A stretch of 64,000 nt of DNA from Tubiluchus corallicola. Its lineage: Eukaryota > Animalia > Priapulida. Numbering within the stretch: the stretch's first letter is position 1; each line of letters opens with the position of its first letter. The position numbers and the translations under genes are program-made. The notes under the pieces are model-generated. The model was not told the DNA's origin. It worked only from the letters and a program-made list of their open reading frames with translations, and did not search any database. Positions 40,830 through 55,052 of this stretch are shown piece by piece. The DNA is taken from positions 6,758-70,757 of the forward strand of contig JAQGDQ010001010.1 in assembly GCA_030141605.1 (NCBI GenBank). The letters run 5' to 3'.

Positions 40830-41981
40830 GTAAGTTATGAATTGGTAAAAAACCTTTTTTGCTCGACAGTTTTGTAATTAGATTAGCAGTTTTGTTATTG
40901 CAATACAGTAGTCGCCACAGCGAGATTCCATTTTGCTTTGAAATCAACACTAATATTCAAGGGCGCATCAAGACTTTACGATGCCCTAGACTGGTAATTC
41001 TGTCCCGCCCATCATTATTGTGAGTTTATGGTTGTTTATGTAATGAGCAGTTTAAACAATTACTTGTGGTGTCTTAGAAACACTATTAACCTAGTTTCTA
41101 ACGTGGTTATTATTAATTACATGTATATGCATGATGCTTATATTCAAGCAGGCTGCGTAACTGCCTGTTGTGTAATACCTTGCACCTGTTCGTTATGTGG
41201 CAGTTACATAGAAGCTGCTCTCAGTAACTGCTTGTGGTGTGTTATAAAATGCGCCCTTTACATGAATAAGAAAGTATACACATTTTCCAAGGAAAATAAG
41301 ATTTTTTTTTAAAATGTGACACTCCTCAAACTTTGGCGCCCCAGGCTATAGCCTAGTTAGTTAATTGGTTAATGCGCCCCTACTAGTACTGACTAGAGTT
41401 TCAGTTTTTGTTGTCTAAAACTAGTTTTCTTGTATGCGCGATGGTTTTGTTCTCTTGTTTATTAATTGCAGTGATTGTCTAAATTCTATTAAAACAATTG
41501 CACCTGTACTTTGCTGTGTTGTTAGAAAATTAGGCTGACCAGTGGCGGCTCGTAGATAAGATTAGTGGGGGTGTACTGCTTCAGAAAATCTTTACCACTG
41601 TCTTCATACTGTGTAAAATAGTGTTGAAGTTCACTTACAGTATACGTGAGGACGGGAGGACAACGGTAAATTTGAAATTTAAATTTTTATCTTAAAACTT
41701 GCCTAGTTTTAGTACAACATGCCGAATATCTTACAGTAGCACTTTTCGTCTTTCAATTTTTGTTTTCGCAAACACGTGCAACACGCTCGTGGAAGGTTTT
41801 TGCTGTTGAAAATTATGTTAGTTCGTGATGTCATCAATAGTTGGGCTCGCCCGCCTTTAATTAAGTATTTAATCCATTATGTAATTATCAGAAACGCGTT
41901 TGCAATATTAATCGTGTTAATGGAATATTTTTGATAATGAAAGTTATGTTAGTTTGTGGTTTATATGGTTTATGTACTACA

Positions 41982-42760
<779 letters not shown>

Positions 42761-42865
42761 ATCACTGCTATTACTACATCTAATATTAATCGTGTTAATG
42801 GAATATTTTTCCTATTGTTTTAGAAGCATTAGCAGATGCACGTATAATCTTATTGATTGTCTTAG

Positions 42866-43183
42866 GTCAGACTTATGTCAGCCAACTCTCATTAACAGTA
42901 TGTCTCGACCAATCAGGCATTCTGACATGTCAAAATGACATTATAAAGCTGAGGAAGGTCCAGTTTGGACGCCTTAGTGACGTATCTACGTGCGCTCCTG
43001 CGAGGAAATCTTCCAAATGCCCTCTCCAGGATATTCCTCCATTTCAAAACATGCACACGCTGGAGAGGAAGTGCAACAACGTCACTACTTGCACGATTGA
43101 AGCCAGTCGGGCCGTGATGGGAAGGTGCCCGAAGACTGAAGGAGAAACAAACCCGTATGCGGTCATCTCGTACGATTGCACAC
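42866..43183 (+). CDS. SUEL-type (Gal/rhamnose lectin-fold) domain 1 exon
   Basis: Eight Cys in SUEL spacing (VC..LTC..I..VQFGR..C..C..KCNN..C..C..YA.ISYDC); acceptor cttag and donor C|gtaagt. Confidence 0.88.
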
Positions 43184-43402
43184 GTAAGTTCTTTTTCAGG
43201 CTTTATTGGCTGTATTGTTGTGCTCAAGGGGGGGGGGGTGGCGTCGCTGTGGGGAGGGGGGTCCTGCGGGTGACACTGTAAATGTAAGTGTATTTCGTGG
43301 ATGTGGGGCATTAGGCTAAATAGTGTGATGGATTTCTTGCCTAGAGTTCCTTTCTTCTTCTGTTTCTGCCTTGCTACGTATACCTGTACTTTTACCAAAC
43401 CT

Positions 43403-43884
43403 TGTTGTTGTTGTTGGCATCCTTCTGTCTCAGAAGACAATGGAATGTGCGCAAAGAGAGTCTCCAGGGCAAGGTGTATGGAGATCCTGAGTTGCCCAGG
43501 CCGCAGGAACCCGCTCTTTTACTCTCTGGTGTAGTCCAAAGGAAAGCGGAGCGATACGTTTGCCACCAGGTTGGCTGGTGGAGTCAGTGAGCATGCTGCA
43601 CTGGTCCGCCTTCGGGGCTCCACTCCTGATTTGGAAGGTTTATTCCTCTACACCTCTCCTCCTCTCTTCCATGGCCGTTGGGTCACTTGATCTCCTCCGC
43701 CCTCTAGCCGTTGGCTGCTTGCGCAGCTCCTCCGCCTAGTGTCGAGATACAGTGTGGGCATCCCGCAAACCTACAGCACCTGGTATTCCTAGGCGGTCAC
43801 CCATCCAAGCACTAGCCAGGCTCTACGTTGCTTAACTTTGGTGATCAGACAAGAACCGGTGTTTTCAACATGATTTGGCCGTAG
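43403..43884 (-). mobile_element. 5S rRNA-headed retroposon (SINE3-like): 5S head, RTE-derived body and (CAA)n tail
   Basis: 13-bp TSD TTTTACCAAACCT at 43390-43402 and 43885-43897. The head is a 5S sequence and the body is homologous to 21791-22215. Confidence 0.9.
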
Positions 43885-43886
43885 TT
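43767..43886 (-). pseudogene. 5S rRNA-derived sequence (about 120 nt, head of the retroposon, not an rDNA-array gene)
   Basis: Reverse strand reads CTACGGCCAAATCATGTTGAAAACACCGGTTCTTGTCTGATCACCAAAGTTAAGCAACG...TGGATGGGTGACCGCCTAGGAATACCAGGTGCTGTAGGTTT, a recognisable metazoan 5S with box A and box C. Confidence 0.92.
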
Positions 43887-44055
43887 TTACCAAACCTACT
43901 CTGGCATTATTTGCTCGTGTTGCATAGATAACTTTGATATTGCCCACAGATAAGTTATACGAATGTGTGCCTTGATGCTACCAATTTTTACTGGACTGTA
44001 TTTGGTCATTTAACAGTTTAATGCAATTGTTTCCAAACTTTTTATGCCATTGACC

Positions 44056-44522
44056 CAGGGATGACAAATTTCCGCGGATACGTGGAATTCCGAGTTTTTG
44101 GAAGACCAGTAGTGCCATTTTTGTAAATGGCGTAAATTTGTTAAGAAAATTTTTACGGACCCTTACATTATTTCACAAGCTGACTGCTTGTTGGCAGGCC
44201 GTCACTTTGTTTACATCATGTACATCAGTGTAACCACGTGTATATCTCTATGTATAAAAATATAGAATCAATTGTGCGTAGTTATTTGAGTCAATTGCAG
44301 ACAGTTTTTATATACTTTTGCATAGGAGCGGCCAGTACTTAGGTGTTTTTGAGACAATTAGGTATCATGTATCCTTGATAGTTGGGTATTTTAATTTATG
44401 CACGAAACAAGGTAACTGATATCTTAAGTCCACTTAGAGGTTCTCTATGGTCACAAAATTGCAATTTGTTGCTGCCTACGGCCTGTTTCGGAGTTTTTTG
44501 CAATTTGTCATTCTCATCCCTG
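44056..44522. mobile_element. hAT-like MITE (TIR CAGGGATGA)
   Basis: 8-bp TSD CATTGACC/CACTGACC; partial relatives at about 23328-23520 and 26830-26983. Confidence 0.8.
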
Positions 44523-45200
44523 CACTGACCTCTTCATTTGATTTCTTATCGACCTCCAGGCATGTACAAAAAAAATAAATATCGCAATGTAATTGTGATA
44601 TTTTTATTGCAATTTTCGCCACCAGAGGCGCAGGCGCAGGTTCATGCTCAATGGCGGCCTAGTCAAATGTTCGTTTTGTGTACAATTTATTTAATTATTT
44701 CCTACGCAACCGCACTTGTTTGCTAAGAACCACAACGACCGCACTTATTTTCTATGCAGAGCCGCACATATTTACTTACTTGCGATGCAACTGCACTTAT
44801 TTACTTTTTTTCCTACACATATTTCTCTAAGCTCGAATTTATTAATACAAGAGTCTAAGTAAAATTCAGAATTTTTCACACCTCCAGCACAAAATATTGA
44901 ACATAATGTTGGGATTTCAATACGAAAGTGTTTAAACTTATTAAACTACGTGGAAACTCATCAAAATAAATAAATATGTCTCATGAAATAAGAATCGATT
45001 ATCCATTCCTTTTTGACTCTCAGCGTTTATCGATTCCTTTTTGACCCCCAGGTATTTACCGACCCATTCGATAGTCTCATCGTCCCCGGGAGTCGACATC
45101 GACCACTTCGGTGACCCTTGGTTTAATGTCATTCTCCTGTGTGATTTATATCACAAGGTGTGTGGCAACTTGAGAGAATTTATTGCAATTATTGTTACAG

Positions 45201-45536
45201 GAAAAGTTGTCAGGCAAAAAAAGAAAGCTGCGCCGTTTTGCGAAAACGATCTGAGGGATTTGACTTGCGGCAAAGTGGCCACGATCGAAGTGACCAACGT
45301 CGCATTCGGGGCAAGTTCTATAAGTGACAAGAGATGTGGAAAGTCAACCGGACAGTCGACATATTGTGTGATGAAAGACATCGACGAGAAGTACTTGCAG
45401 AAAATTAAAGATGCGTGTGACGGCGTGTACTCTTGTCGAATGAATCTCAGGAGTTTGATACCGGATGTTTTCACTCTGGGAGTGTATAAAACCTGTAAAA
45501 ATCTAAAGCATGCGGACATCAGTTACACCTGTCAGA
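45201..45536 (+). CDS. SUEL-type domain 2 exon
   Basis: FCE..LTC..IEV....FG..C..C..ACDG..SC..C..ISYTC; acceptor ttacag and donor A|gtaagc, phase 1/1. Confidence 0.88.
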
Positions 45537-45848
45537 GTAAGCGTTGTTGGTGATTAAAAGTAGTAACTTTTTATGCAGATGATCAAAATGTACTATTAGG
45601 TGTCTGAAAACGTTTTTCTTGAACAAGTTAGTTTGCAGTTTTCATGAAAAAATGTTCCGATAGGGTAATGTTCTGGTTTGCACCATTAATTTGCATTATA
45701 GTCACTGAAGTAATGCATTATGATTACTGAAGCGTATAATGCAAGCAACAATTTATATGGATATCATATGAAGAATTTCTGAAGGTAATTGCTAAGACAC
45801 TAGAATACAGATGAGCTTTATTTATATAAATCGTTAACAACACTATAC

Positions 45849-46050
<202 letters not shown>

Positions 46051-46068
46051 ACTCTTTATCTCAATATA

Positions 46069-48271
46069 TCCACGGGTTTCATCCGCTAATTATAAAAAAC
46101 ATGGGATTTTGGGCTAAAGCCATCTTTCTCAATATAGTCAACATTTGCTTAGGCAGCAATACTTGGCCATGGAATGACTCAAAGGTTACATTTATTAAAA
46201 AGAATGGCAAGTCCGATTACAGTGACCCTAATAATTATAGACCTATCAGCATTACCTCCTACTATGGAAAACTAGCAGAAAAGCTTCTTGAAAATCGTGT
46301 AAGACAATTTTGCAATGCATATGACATTATTGATGATGAGCAAGAAGGCTTCAGGCCCAGACACAGTACAGTACGCTACTTGGTCAGGCTTATTTCTAAC
46401 CTGACTAGAACAAATTTACTAAAAACAAGCTGCATTGCAATTCTTTGCGACTTTTAAAAAGCTTTCGATAGTGTTTGGATAAATGGGCTATTGTACAAAT
46501 GGTATTAAAGGAAACATGTTGTGTTTTATTAGTACATTTTTAAAAAATAGGAATATTGTTTTACGTATTAATGGTCACACATCTCCAAAGTACAATTGTC
46601 AGTTGGGTCTCCCACAAGGTTCCGTTTTGTCACCATTACTGTTTTTGTTGTATGTTATTGACATGTTTGAATCAATAGACGATGAAGTAAGCTGTGAAAA
46701 ATTTAAATATGCAGATGATGGTTCTTTGCTAATCACAGCTGACACAAACTATGAATGTTATTTAAAAGCACAAAAATGTTGTGATAAACTGTACACTTGG
46801 TGTAAGAAGTGGCGGATGAACATAAACTGTGCCAAAAACAAAACTGAAGCCATTTTGTACAAGAACTCAAAAACTTTGAATTGGGAACCAGACCCACCAA
46901 ACCTCAAATTTGGAAATAATCCTATTGATTTTGTAAGAAAAAGCAAAGTGCTGGGGCTCACAGTGGACAATCAATTAAATTTTAACGCTCATGTGCTAGA
47001 TACCAGGAAAAAGGCGTGGAAAACATGGCACCAGATAAAGCAGTTTTGTTTCCGGCACAAAGGTTTGCATATGAAGACAATTTTGAGACTTTTTAATATC
47101 ATGGTACTTCCAACGATTTTGTACGCCTCGTTAGCATGGTTAGCAAAGAACATCACGGCTTTTGATGATATACTATATGATGTGTTAAAAACGGCAACAG
47201 GAGTAGGTTTTAATCCTCCAAAAATTGAAACTGAATTAATTACAGGACTACCATCAATGGATGTTATTTATTCTGTTTTATCTGTTAAGTCAGTTTTGAA
47301 ATTACTTACTTTACCTGCAGATGACTTAGTCAGAAAAGAACTAATTAAGGCGGATGTGAATTACATCAGTGCTGAATATTGGAACCATTTCCTGGCAGAA
47401 CACCTAAATAAGACTAGATTATTTTTAAAAACCATTAAAGGTCTAAACGCAAATCGAAATGAAATGTTACAGTCAATTCCACAAGACAATTTAAAATACA
47501 CAAAGAAAGAATGTCAAAAATTCCTAGAGTTTCAATGGAAAAGAAAACTGTTGCATTGCAACCAGTTAGCTGGAAACCCTTTTGAAGAAGTTTGTGGAAA
47601 ACCTTTAGATCTGCAAATAACGAGAAATGAACGTGTTATTGAAACCATTGCTTTCAACTTATTATTAGGGAGAGGTTGTAATGAATTTAGCAATAAAACC
47701 GGTCTGAAAGAAACTGATATGTGTAAATGCAATGCAAACAGCCAAACGCCAGAACATACAATTTTTAACTGCCCTCTAATAAAAAACGAACTCAGAAGGA
47801 AACTTGAAACTGCACTCCCATCTAGGCAACTTAAGGATATATACAGAATAAGAAGTAGAAATGCTATTAATGCGTTTGTAGAAATTGTTAAAAATGCTAA
47901 ACAGGAAAATATAGCGGAAAAAACGTGGAGTTTATTTTAAAAATGTGAAGTCCAGTTACTGTCATTTTATTTAATTAGATTGCTACCCGTCAATGAAAAT
48001 ATAAAAGTAAGAGTTATTTATAAAATTAGGTAAATATAAATTTAAATGTAAATCTAGCTATGTTGCTTCTAGTTGTTGATATGTTTTTGTATGTAAGCGT
48101 TTTCCTGTTATTATAGTCACAAATGATATTAAAAGGGATAATTGTAATTATTTTCCAACTTATTATAATCATGTTCATACTGGTCCCTGCAAATAGACGG
48201 AATTTATGTATATTACGTATGTATTTATGTTAATATATATAATAAAATAGAGTTATAATAATAATAATAAT
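46069..48271 (+). mobile_element. 5'-truncated non-LTR retrotransposon (RT plus C-terminal CCHC), disrupted
   Basis: Motifs NYRPISITS, EQEGFR, DF*KAFD (nonsense at 46455-46457), PQGSVLSPLLF, YADD and C.C...H...CP; frameshift near 46500; (AAT)n tail; embedded in (CT)n. Confidence 0.93.
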
Positions 48272-48319
48272 CTCTTTCTCTCTCTCTCTCCTCTTTATCT
48301 CTATCTCTCTCTCTCTCTC

Positions 48320-48397
<78 letters not shown>

Positions 48398-48404
48398 TCT
48401 CCCT

Positions 48405-48446
<42 letters not shown>

Positions 48447-49370
48447 TATGAAGAAGTTCTGAAGGTAATTGCTAAAACACTAGAATACAGGTAGAATTCA
48501 AGTAAATTACAGGTGAGCTTTATTTATATAAATCATTAATAACACTATACATTGCTCTCTCAGTTTAAGTCACATGCTTACTCAAAGATCTCTGAAAGCC
48601 AACTGACCAGGTAAGTTTTTTCCATGAAGCAAGGAAGCCAGCAATTCAATGAAGGTAAATGTTATGCATACTAGTTCAAGGATGAAAGTTTAGACTGTAT
48701 ATAAAGAAATAGACTTGTTTTATAGCTGAAATTTCTTGTGTGGGATTTTTAATGTTTTAACAAGAGAATGTAATAATATAACTAATGATCATAATTAAGA
48801 ACTAATAAAAAATAAGATAAAGAAATCATGAGCTTCACGACATATCATGCCATGTCATTTTTATTATGAAATTAATGTAACTATGTACTACATATGTTGT
48901 ATTGTCGTTTGGTGTTTTTGTAATGACATATGAGGCCTGAAGGGAAAATGGGAAGTGGGAAAAGCCCAGGGAGAAGAGATAAAGAATGGGTTTACTGAGA
49001 CCGAGGTCGTTATGACCTCCGAATCTTGATCCCGAACTTTCTTGAAATTCCAAAACAGAACGCCGAGCGCTCATTCTTGTCCTTAACACCGTTCCCGAAC
49101 TTCCCGACACTGATCCCGACCCCGAACTTGAATTGTTTGTAAGATTTGATAAACGACATTTACTCTAGGTTTTTGAGGCATATTAAGAAAAACGAGTCAT
49201 ATTATTCTTCGCTTAAATTTTTGATATTTCATATTTTCCCGAATCTCTGTCACGACAACTTAATCCTGAACACCAAAGAATTCAGACCTTGAACTCAGTT
49301 AGTGTCCTGAACTGTGATCCCGAGTCACTTACCGGGAACCAAACCTCGATTCCGTTCCAAACCCCTAGAA

Positions 49371-49857
49371 CAGGGGTGTGCAAATTGCAACCCGCCGAGA
49401 GAATTTGTGCGGCCCGCGAAGAGATTTTTCAACCTAATGAAAGTGCGGCCCGGGCGATTAATTGAGTGTATCCAGCTGAAGTCCATACCACGATCCCAAA
49501 GATAGTGCGGGTAGTTTTTTCTACTAGATCGGATGCCATTAACCCTTACAAGACGGTTGTAGCTTAATGTCAATGTACTACACAGACTGTGTGATACACC
49601 TTACTAATATGCATTGTAATGAAATTACCACTATCTGTCCTGAAAGTAGAAATATATGGTTTGTAATATAAATTTTAAAATTTAAACTTCTAAAATAGTT
49701 TCTTGAGTGTAGTAGTAATGATTTACGCAGGTCGGATGCAAAAAAATGGTTATTAGGTCTGTTTGTACTTGGCTCCTTGATCAAACTGCCTGTGGCCTGC
49801 AGGAATTGCTGGAAAGTTTAATGTGGCCCGGCTAGTCAGAGAATTTGCACCCCCCTG
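49371..49857. mobile_element. hAT (Charlie-like) MITE
   Basis: TIRs CAGGGGTGTGCAAATT / AATTTGCACCCCCCTG with perfect 8-bp TSD CCCTAGAA. Confidence 0.9.
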
Positions 49858-50062
49858 CCCTAGAACATTCCTAATAAAGAATTCTCGTATCACGCGGTGC
49901 TGCTTTTGAAAGCACGTTTTAGTAATTGTTAAAACAGAATCACTATTTAAAATTTGGTTTTCGACGTCCAACATTCTTGATTGATGAAAGATTGATTGAT
50001 TGCTTGATTGATTGATTGATTGACGAAAGAAGTGAATAAAAGTTCAATTGTTTTCATTACAG

Positions 50063-50176
50063 CGATCCAATCTTGTTTTCCAAATCCGTGTGAAAACGGC
50101 GGCTCGTGTACGTTGATTCCCGACGGCTTCTCTTGCGCCTGTACAACCGACTACCTGGGACCAACGTGTAATATAG
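50063..50176 (+). CDS. EGF-like domain 1 exon (SCFPNPCENGGSCTLIPDGFSCACTTDYLGPTCNI)
   Basis: Six-Cys EGF pattern; 114-nt phase 1/1 exon with acceptor ttacag and donor G|gtaagc. Confidence 0.93.
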
Positions 50177-50479
50177 GTAAGCAGGTAACAGTCTGGTAAG
50201 GGCATTACAGCGTTATTTCCGTTTTCGGCTGCAAAAGCATAAATCTCGACATTTAATAATTTCTTTTCTCCACAGATGTCAGCACAGTGGTAGATAGAAA
50301 TATAAAAAATGTGTATGAAAGTGTAGATGATTGACATTTCTTGATTTACAAGTATGTTTAATAAAGTGGAATAGCTTCACGATAATTGTTATATTTTCCT
50401 AATTAGTTTTGCCGTCTTGCTCTAGCTGTAAACTTACAAAAAGCTCAGTTATTCCAGAAGTTGGTAAAGAAAACATTTC

Positions 50480-50940
50480 TATATATAATAATCTTTATTT
50501 GCCGTTAAAAAATTGATATTCATAACTATAAAAGCGTAAAAGAACATCGCAGCATAAGAATAAAATTCACACAACTGTTAAAGGCAAATGCGTCCAGTGC
50601 AAACTAAAAACTACAGTGCCAAAAATTTAAAACAAAAGATACATTATAATATTATACGGAAATTATAATAGACTATATACAATATATACATATAATTTAA
50701 AGTGGACGTGGGTAAATAAAATTTTCGGATGAATATATATTATCGTTTACGTATGTTAGGTTTTCAAAACGATTTAATGTATGTATTTTTAATTTTGATT
50801 TGAATTCTTCGAAAGACTTGATTTGTTTTAAATTTGATGGCAGGGTATTCCAGAGTTGAACTCCTTGTTTAGTGATAGAATTGTTGCCGTATTTGTTATT
50901 TGTGCCTGTTTGTTTAATTTTGTGTTCCTGGATTTAATGT
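50480..50940 (-). mobile_element. Degraded CR1/L2-like LINE 3' fragment
   Basis: Reverse strand encodes SITKQGVQLWNTLPSNLKQIKSFEEFKSKLK, followed by an AT-rich 3' UTR. Confidence 0.6.
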
Positions 50941-50971
50941 TGGCTACAATTGGCTTCTAGAAAGTAATTAA

Positions 50972-53599
50972 GAACGAGTCAGCGAGAGCACCATGCAGGG
51001 GGTGGCACACGAGGTGTGACGAATTTATATCATTTTTTTTTAACATGAAGGTCGACCCCCCAAAACCATGTAACCAAGATATCAAATCGATCGAGCTACT
51101 ATTAGCAGAGAAATGACCACATCAAGAAATTGACCTCAAAAGAGGCAAAAAATCGCTATTTTGGGGGTTATTTTAACTTTTTCTCCTGTATAAACTATTA
51201 TAGATGGGTCGATGTAAGTTGGCTGGTACATAGACCCAGACATTGTCTTCTGATATCCTAACTTTTTCTGACATACTATTAATAGTATCAGAGAACGGGA
51301 TTTTTCAAATTCGGCTCTTTGTAAAGAGTCCAGGGAGAGGTTAAGTTGTAAGGCTCATAACTCGCCCACTGCGGGGCTACAGAACTTCTGGTTTTCATGT
51401 ATGTGTTAACCATCATCCTCACTAATAATATAAAAAAGAAAATTCGCTGGAGCCTGTTTCAGTATTTAGTACTGGCACTTTAAAATTTCACAAAAATCAG
51501 CAAAATTCGCCTTTTTTGTAGTTTTTCAAAATTTTTTCTATCTATATGCTGGATTATAAGTGACAAATCTGTATTCTAAATTTCATGAAAACGCACGAGC
51601 TGAGATAATATCATGAATGACATTATATAGAGGGGGCACTGTTAGAAAAAATTGCCATATCAACACACTTTTTTACTTTCCATAGTTATTCCGTCCTTGT
51701 GTAAAAAGTAGACATACTTGGCTCAGGTCCTTATATGACAGTAGACATTTAGCCACGTTTAACCTGCATTTTCTGTGACTAGTGCTCTAATTACCTAGTA
51801 GCAATAGATTCCTTTGCCATGGAAATTGCTAGAAATTTGGGAATTTCATCTTAAATTGGTTTAGTTATGTCGGAATGTCCATATGACTACAAATATGAAT
51901 AATTGCCTCTTCTGATGGATTTCTGGACAGGACATCATGCATGCCCCTAGTACCGAGTCCGACCCTGATTCAGGGCATTCTCTACACACTGAATCGCTAG
52001 TGGATACCAGGAAAGACTAAACAATAAGCCCTCTAATAGCAAAGAAGTACCGATTGTTAAGATTGAGAGTCATTGCTAGCGAAAGAATCTGACAACACTT
52101 GGTATATACATATGAAATAGAAATCCGTTCATTTTTATACATCTCTTCATTTTTTATACTTTTTATATGAATAAGCTTCATGGCTATACATAGAAGATTA
52201 TGAATATCAGTACAAAAATGAAAAAAACTACAAAACTCAATCAGAATTAATTTCTCTAAGTCCTAAATACTGTTCTTATTGTAGCAGCATAATCCTATCA
52301 CTGAAGGGTAGTACAAGTAATCAAAACCATAATATCTAAATAATAGAGAAAGAATTATCGATGCAGGTAGATTATCACTAGAAGATAGATACAGAAATAT
52401 AGACAAATATATCATGGGGAAAGTGATAAAGTGAAAATTTTACAGTCTAAACCTGAGACAATATAGGGGTATGGGCCGCTTCTAGGGGGATGGCGGTGAT
52501 ATTTAGCTCAGAAAATTTTTCTTCGCCCATAATTTATTTGTGGCACAAAATCGATACTTCTGAGAAAAAATATTAATAGTGTGATTGAATGATTGAGCCA
52601 ATGGCACAAAAATTTTCGATGTTTTACAGTCTAAAAATCAACGGACAAATGATATCAAGTCTGTCCCATATTTTTCGGGCATTTGCTCAGATTTAGGGCA
52701 ATTTTCTTTGTGTCCTGGCTTGTACGCCTATGTAAGACAATGAGTAATAACTAGGTAATAACCTGTACATAACATTTACAAAGCATAGAAAATAAACAGT
52801 ACATAATACAGAAAAATAAAACATTTTCCAGTCCTTGCAAGAAGCAATTTCCATTCCGTAGACATTTCATTTTTTTTTCAAGATTGGAAGCGCTCTAAAT
52901 GCGGTCCAGTGTCTTTAGTACAGGCTAATAGATTCACAATATTCGTTATGTTACCAAAGATGAATATTTATGATGTTTTGAAGTATTTTGACAAGATTTA
53001 ACAACTCATGTTTATCCACACGAAGCTTTTTGATGAACGTTGTTAGCTATATTTTCACCCTGATATATGCCTCTTTCAGGGGTCTTTTACAATACGGTGA
53101 AAATTCGCTCCATCAAAATTGTCACTACAGCATAGTGGGATGGGATGCTCTATTCACATACATATCGATATTTTGTCCCCGCCCCCGCAGTGGGTGAGAT
53201 ATAAGACTTTGAAATGACTAAGTATTTGCATCTTATACGTAATGCGAGCTTAAAGACCCCCAGTAGAGCCGAAAGAGGGGGGTTTGGGACAAACGTCGAA
53301 AAGTCATTTTGGAGAAGATAACAAGACCCAATACTGTGCAGAGTCAGATCTATTCAAACTCAGTGGTTGCTGCATGGCTAATCCTTCAAATATGAGTAAA
53401 AAATAGAGAAAAATAGGTATTTTTTCATGAAAATCGGCCTATGCCGTACCTCTGTTACTATGAGGAGTTGGACCATGCGGATTCACATAGTGAATACTAG
53501 TGACTAGTGGATCTCATACCCGAACTTTGGCTTGAATCGGTTTACCTAACCTTGTGCCGGAATTTTTCGATTTTGCATGGTCGTCTCACGGACTCGTTC
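50972..53599. mobile_element. 2.6-kb non-autonomous DNA transposon, Kolobok-like
   Basis: Imperfect 26-bp TIRs GAACGAGTCAGCGAGAGCACCATGCA / TGCATGGTCGTCTCACGGACTCGTTC, flanked by TTAA and GTAA; no transposase ORF. Confidence 0.65.
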
Positions 53600-53633
53600 G
53601 TAACATTATGGAAAACATTTGCACAATGATCAC

Positions 53634-54075
53634 CGGGGCGGAACTAGGGGGATCGAGGGGGGCACGCCCCCCTCCCCCCTGTCAAAATTTGCGCCCCCTG
53701 CAAAATCGGACAAATAATTTTTTTTGCAGTGAAAATTGCAGTTCGCATGTAATCATTTTCAATATGAATTAGAATTAGGTAAAAAAATGTTTGGTAGCTT
53801 CAGTGTATTATTTTCTTAAAACTTGTGTGTGATAAATTACTGTAAATATCAATTTAGTTAGAGGCACACTAATAACGTTAGGTTAACTGAGAGTTAATTT
53901 TCTCATTATTGCTCTGTCTGCTACGCCGTCCTACACACACGCTAATTATAGGCCTGCATGCAATATAAAAGGGGTTAAAAATTGGCTTAACCATTATTTA
54001 ACCACTTCGGATACCTCGCTCCCCCCAGAAAATTTTTGCGCCCCCCCCTGCTTGCCACATCTAGTTCCGGCCCTG
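53634..54075. mobile_element. hAT-like MITE
   Basis: TIRs CGGGGCGGAACTAG / CTAGTTCCGGCCCTG with perfect 8-bp TSD ATGATCAC. Confidence 0.88.
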
Positions 54076-54941
54076 ATGATCACAAAGTGTAGGGTGCTTA
54101 AGAACTTTCTCACTGACTTTGACCCAAAAATATTTCTCCGGTTAATCTGTTTGGGTTTTATGGTGACAAACAAACAAACAAAGTCATTGTTCGTGCACCG
54201 TCCTCACAGCACATGCCCCTTCGTCATTTTACTTCATATTTGACACGCATCGAGACGCCATTTCCCAAAATTAGGCATTTTATCTGGAATGAAATGCAAA
54301 TTCTTTTAATAAACTAGTTGATTTCTTATCAAAATAATGTCAATTACCATTAAGTGAAATTAGTCCGAGACTTTCAGTTTATATAACTAAATAAAATTAA
54401 ACGAAATATACATATATATTTGGCATCAAATCGTGAGTTACACAGAAAATTTGTCAACACATCGTCACAGCTTTGAACACGTTGAAACTTGAATGACAGG
54501 GATTTAAAACTAGGTGGCTAATATTGAAGCCAGATGTCACCACCTGACAAGTAAAAACAGGTAAGTAACTTAATCTAATTAAAACGTACATTTAACTACT
54601 ATTAGTTACATTATAAGAACAAACTGCTTTGGTCATTTAACAAACGAAAATCTTTAACATAATCCTATAGCAACAATAATTTTTAAGAATTTTTTTCTTT
54701 GCTTGAACTTTTGTGCCATTTTTTTCTACTGCCCTGCTGACCTCAAGCAGAGATGTTGCTGCGTGGATAGAGAGAGAAATGCCGTATATGGCATATAGGT
54801 CATCGCAGCAGACTGTGAAACCCGATGCCACTACTACAGTAGTTGCTATTTATTTTTAATATTTTTTAAAAAACCAGCGAGGGACTTTTGAAGCACCCTG
54901 TCTAACTGGCGAAAATCACTTAGATATTTGTTACCTTTTAG

Positions 54942-55052
54942 AGTACGATGATTGCGTGAATCACACTTGCCAGTACGGACAATGTAAGGACCGGTTCCGA
55001 GACTACGAGTGCGTGTGTGACCCTGGGTACAAGGATGCTAACTGCAGCACTG
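54942..55052 (+). CDS. EGF-like domain 2 exon, calcium-binding type (EYDDCVNHTCQYGQCKDRFRDYECVCDPGYKDANCST)
   Basis: Six-Cys EGF with acidic N-terminus and C.D....Y.C motif; acceptor ttttag and donor G|gtatgt. Confidence 0.93.

Noticed and set aside
43767-43886. Functional 5S rRNA gene
   Set aside because: It is a single intronic copy with substitutions, lacks a T4 terminator, is fused to a retroposon body and sits within a TSD.
46483-47940. Intact or domesticated 485-aa reverse transcriptase gene
   Set aside because: The upstream RT region has a nonsense codon and a frameshift, the element is 5'-truncated without an endonuclease, and it ends in an (AAT)n tail.
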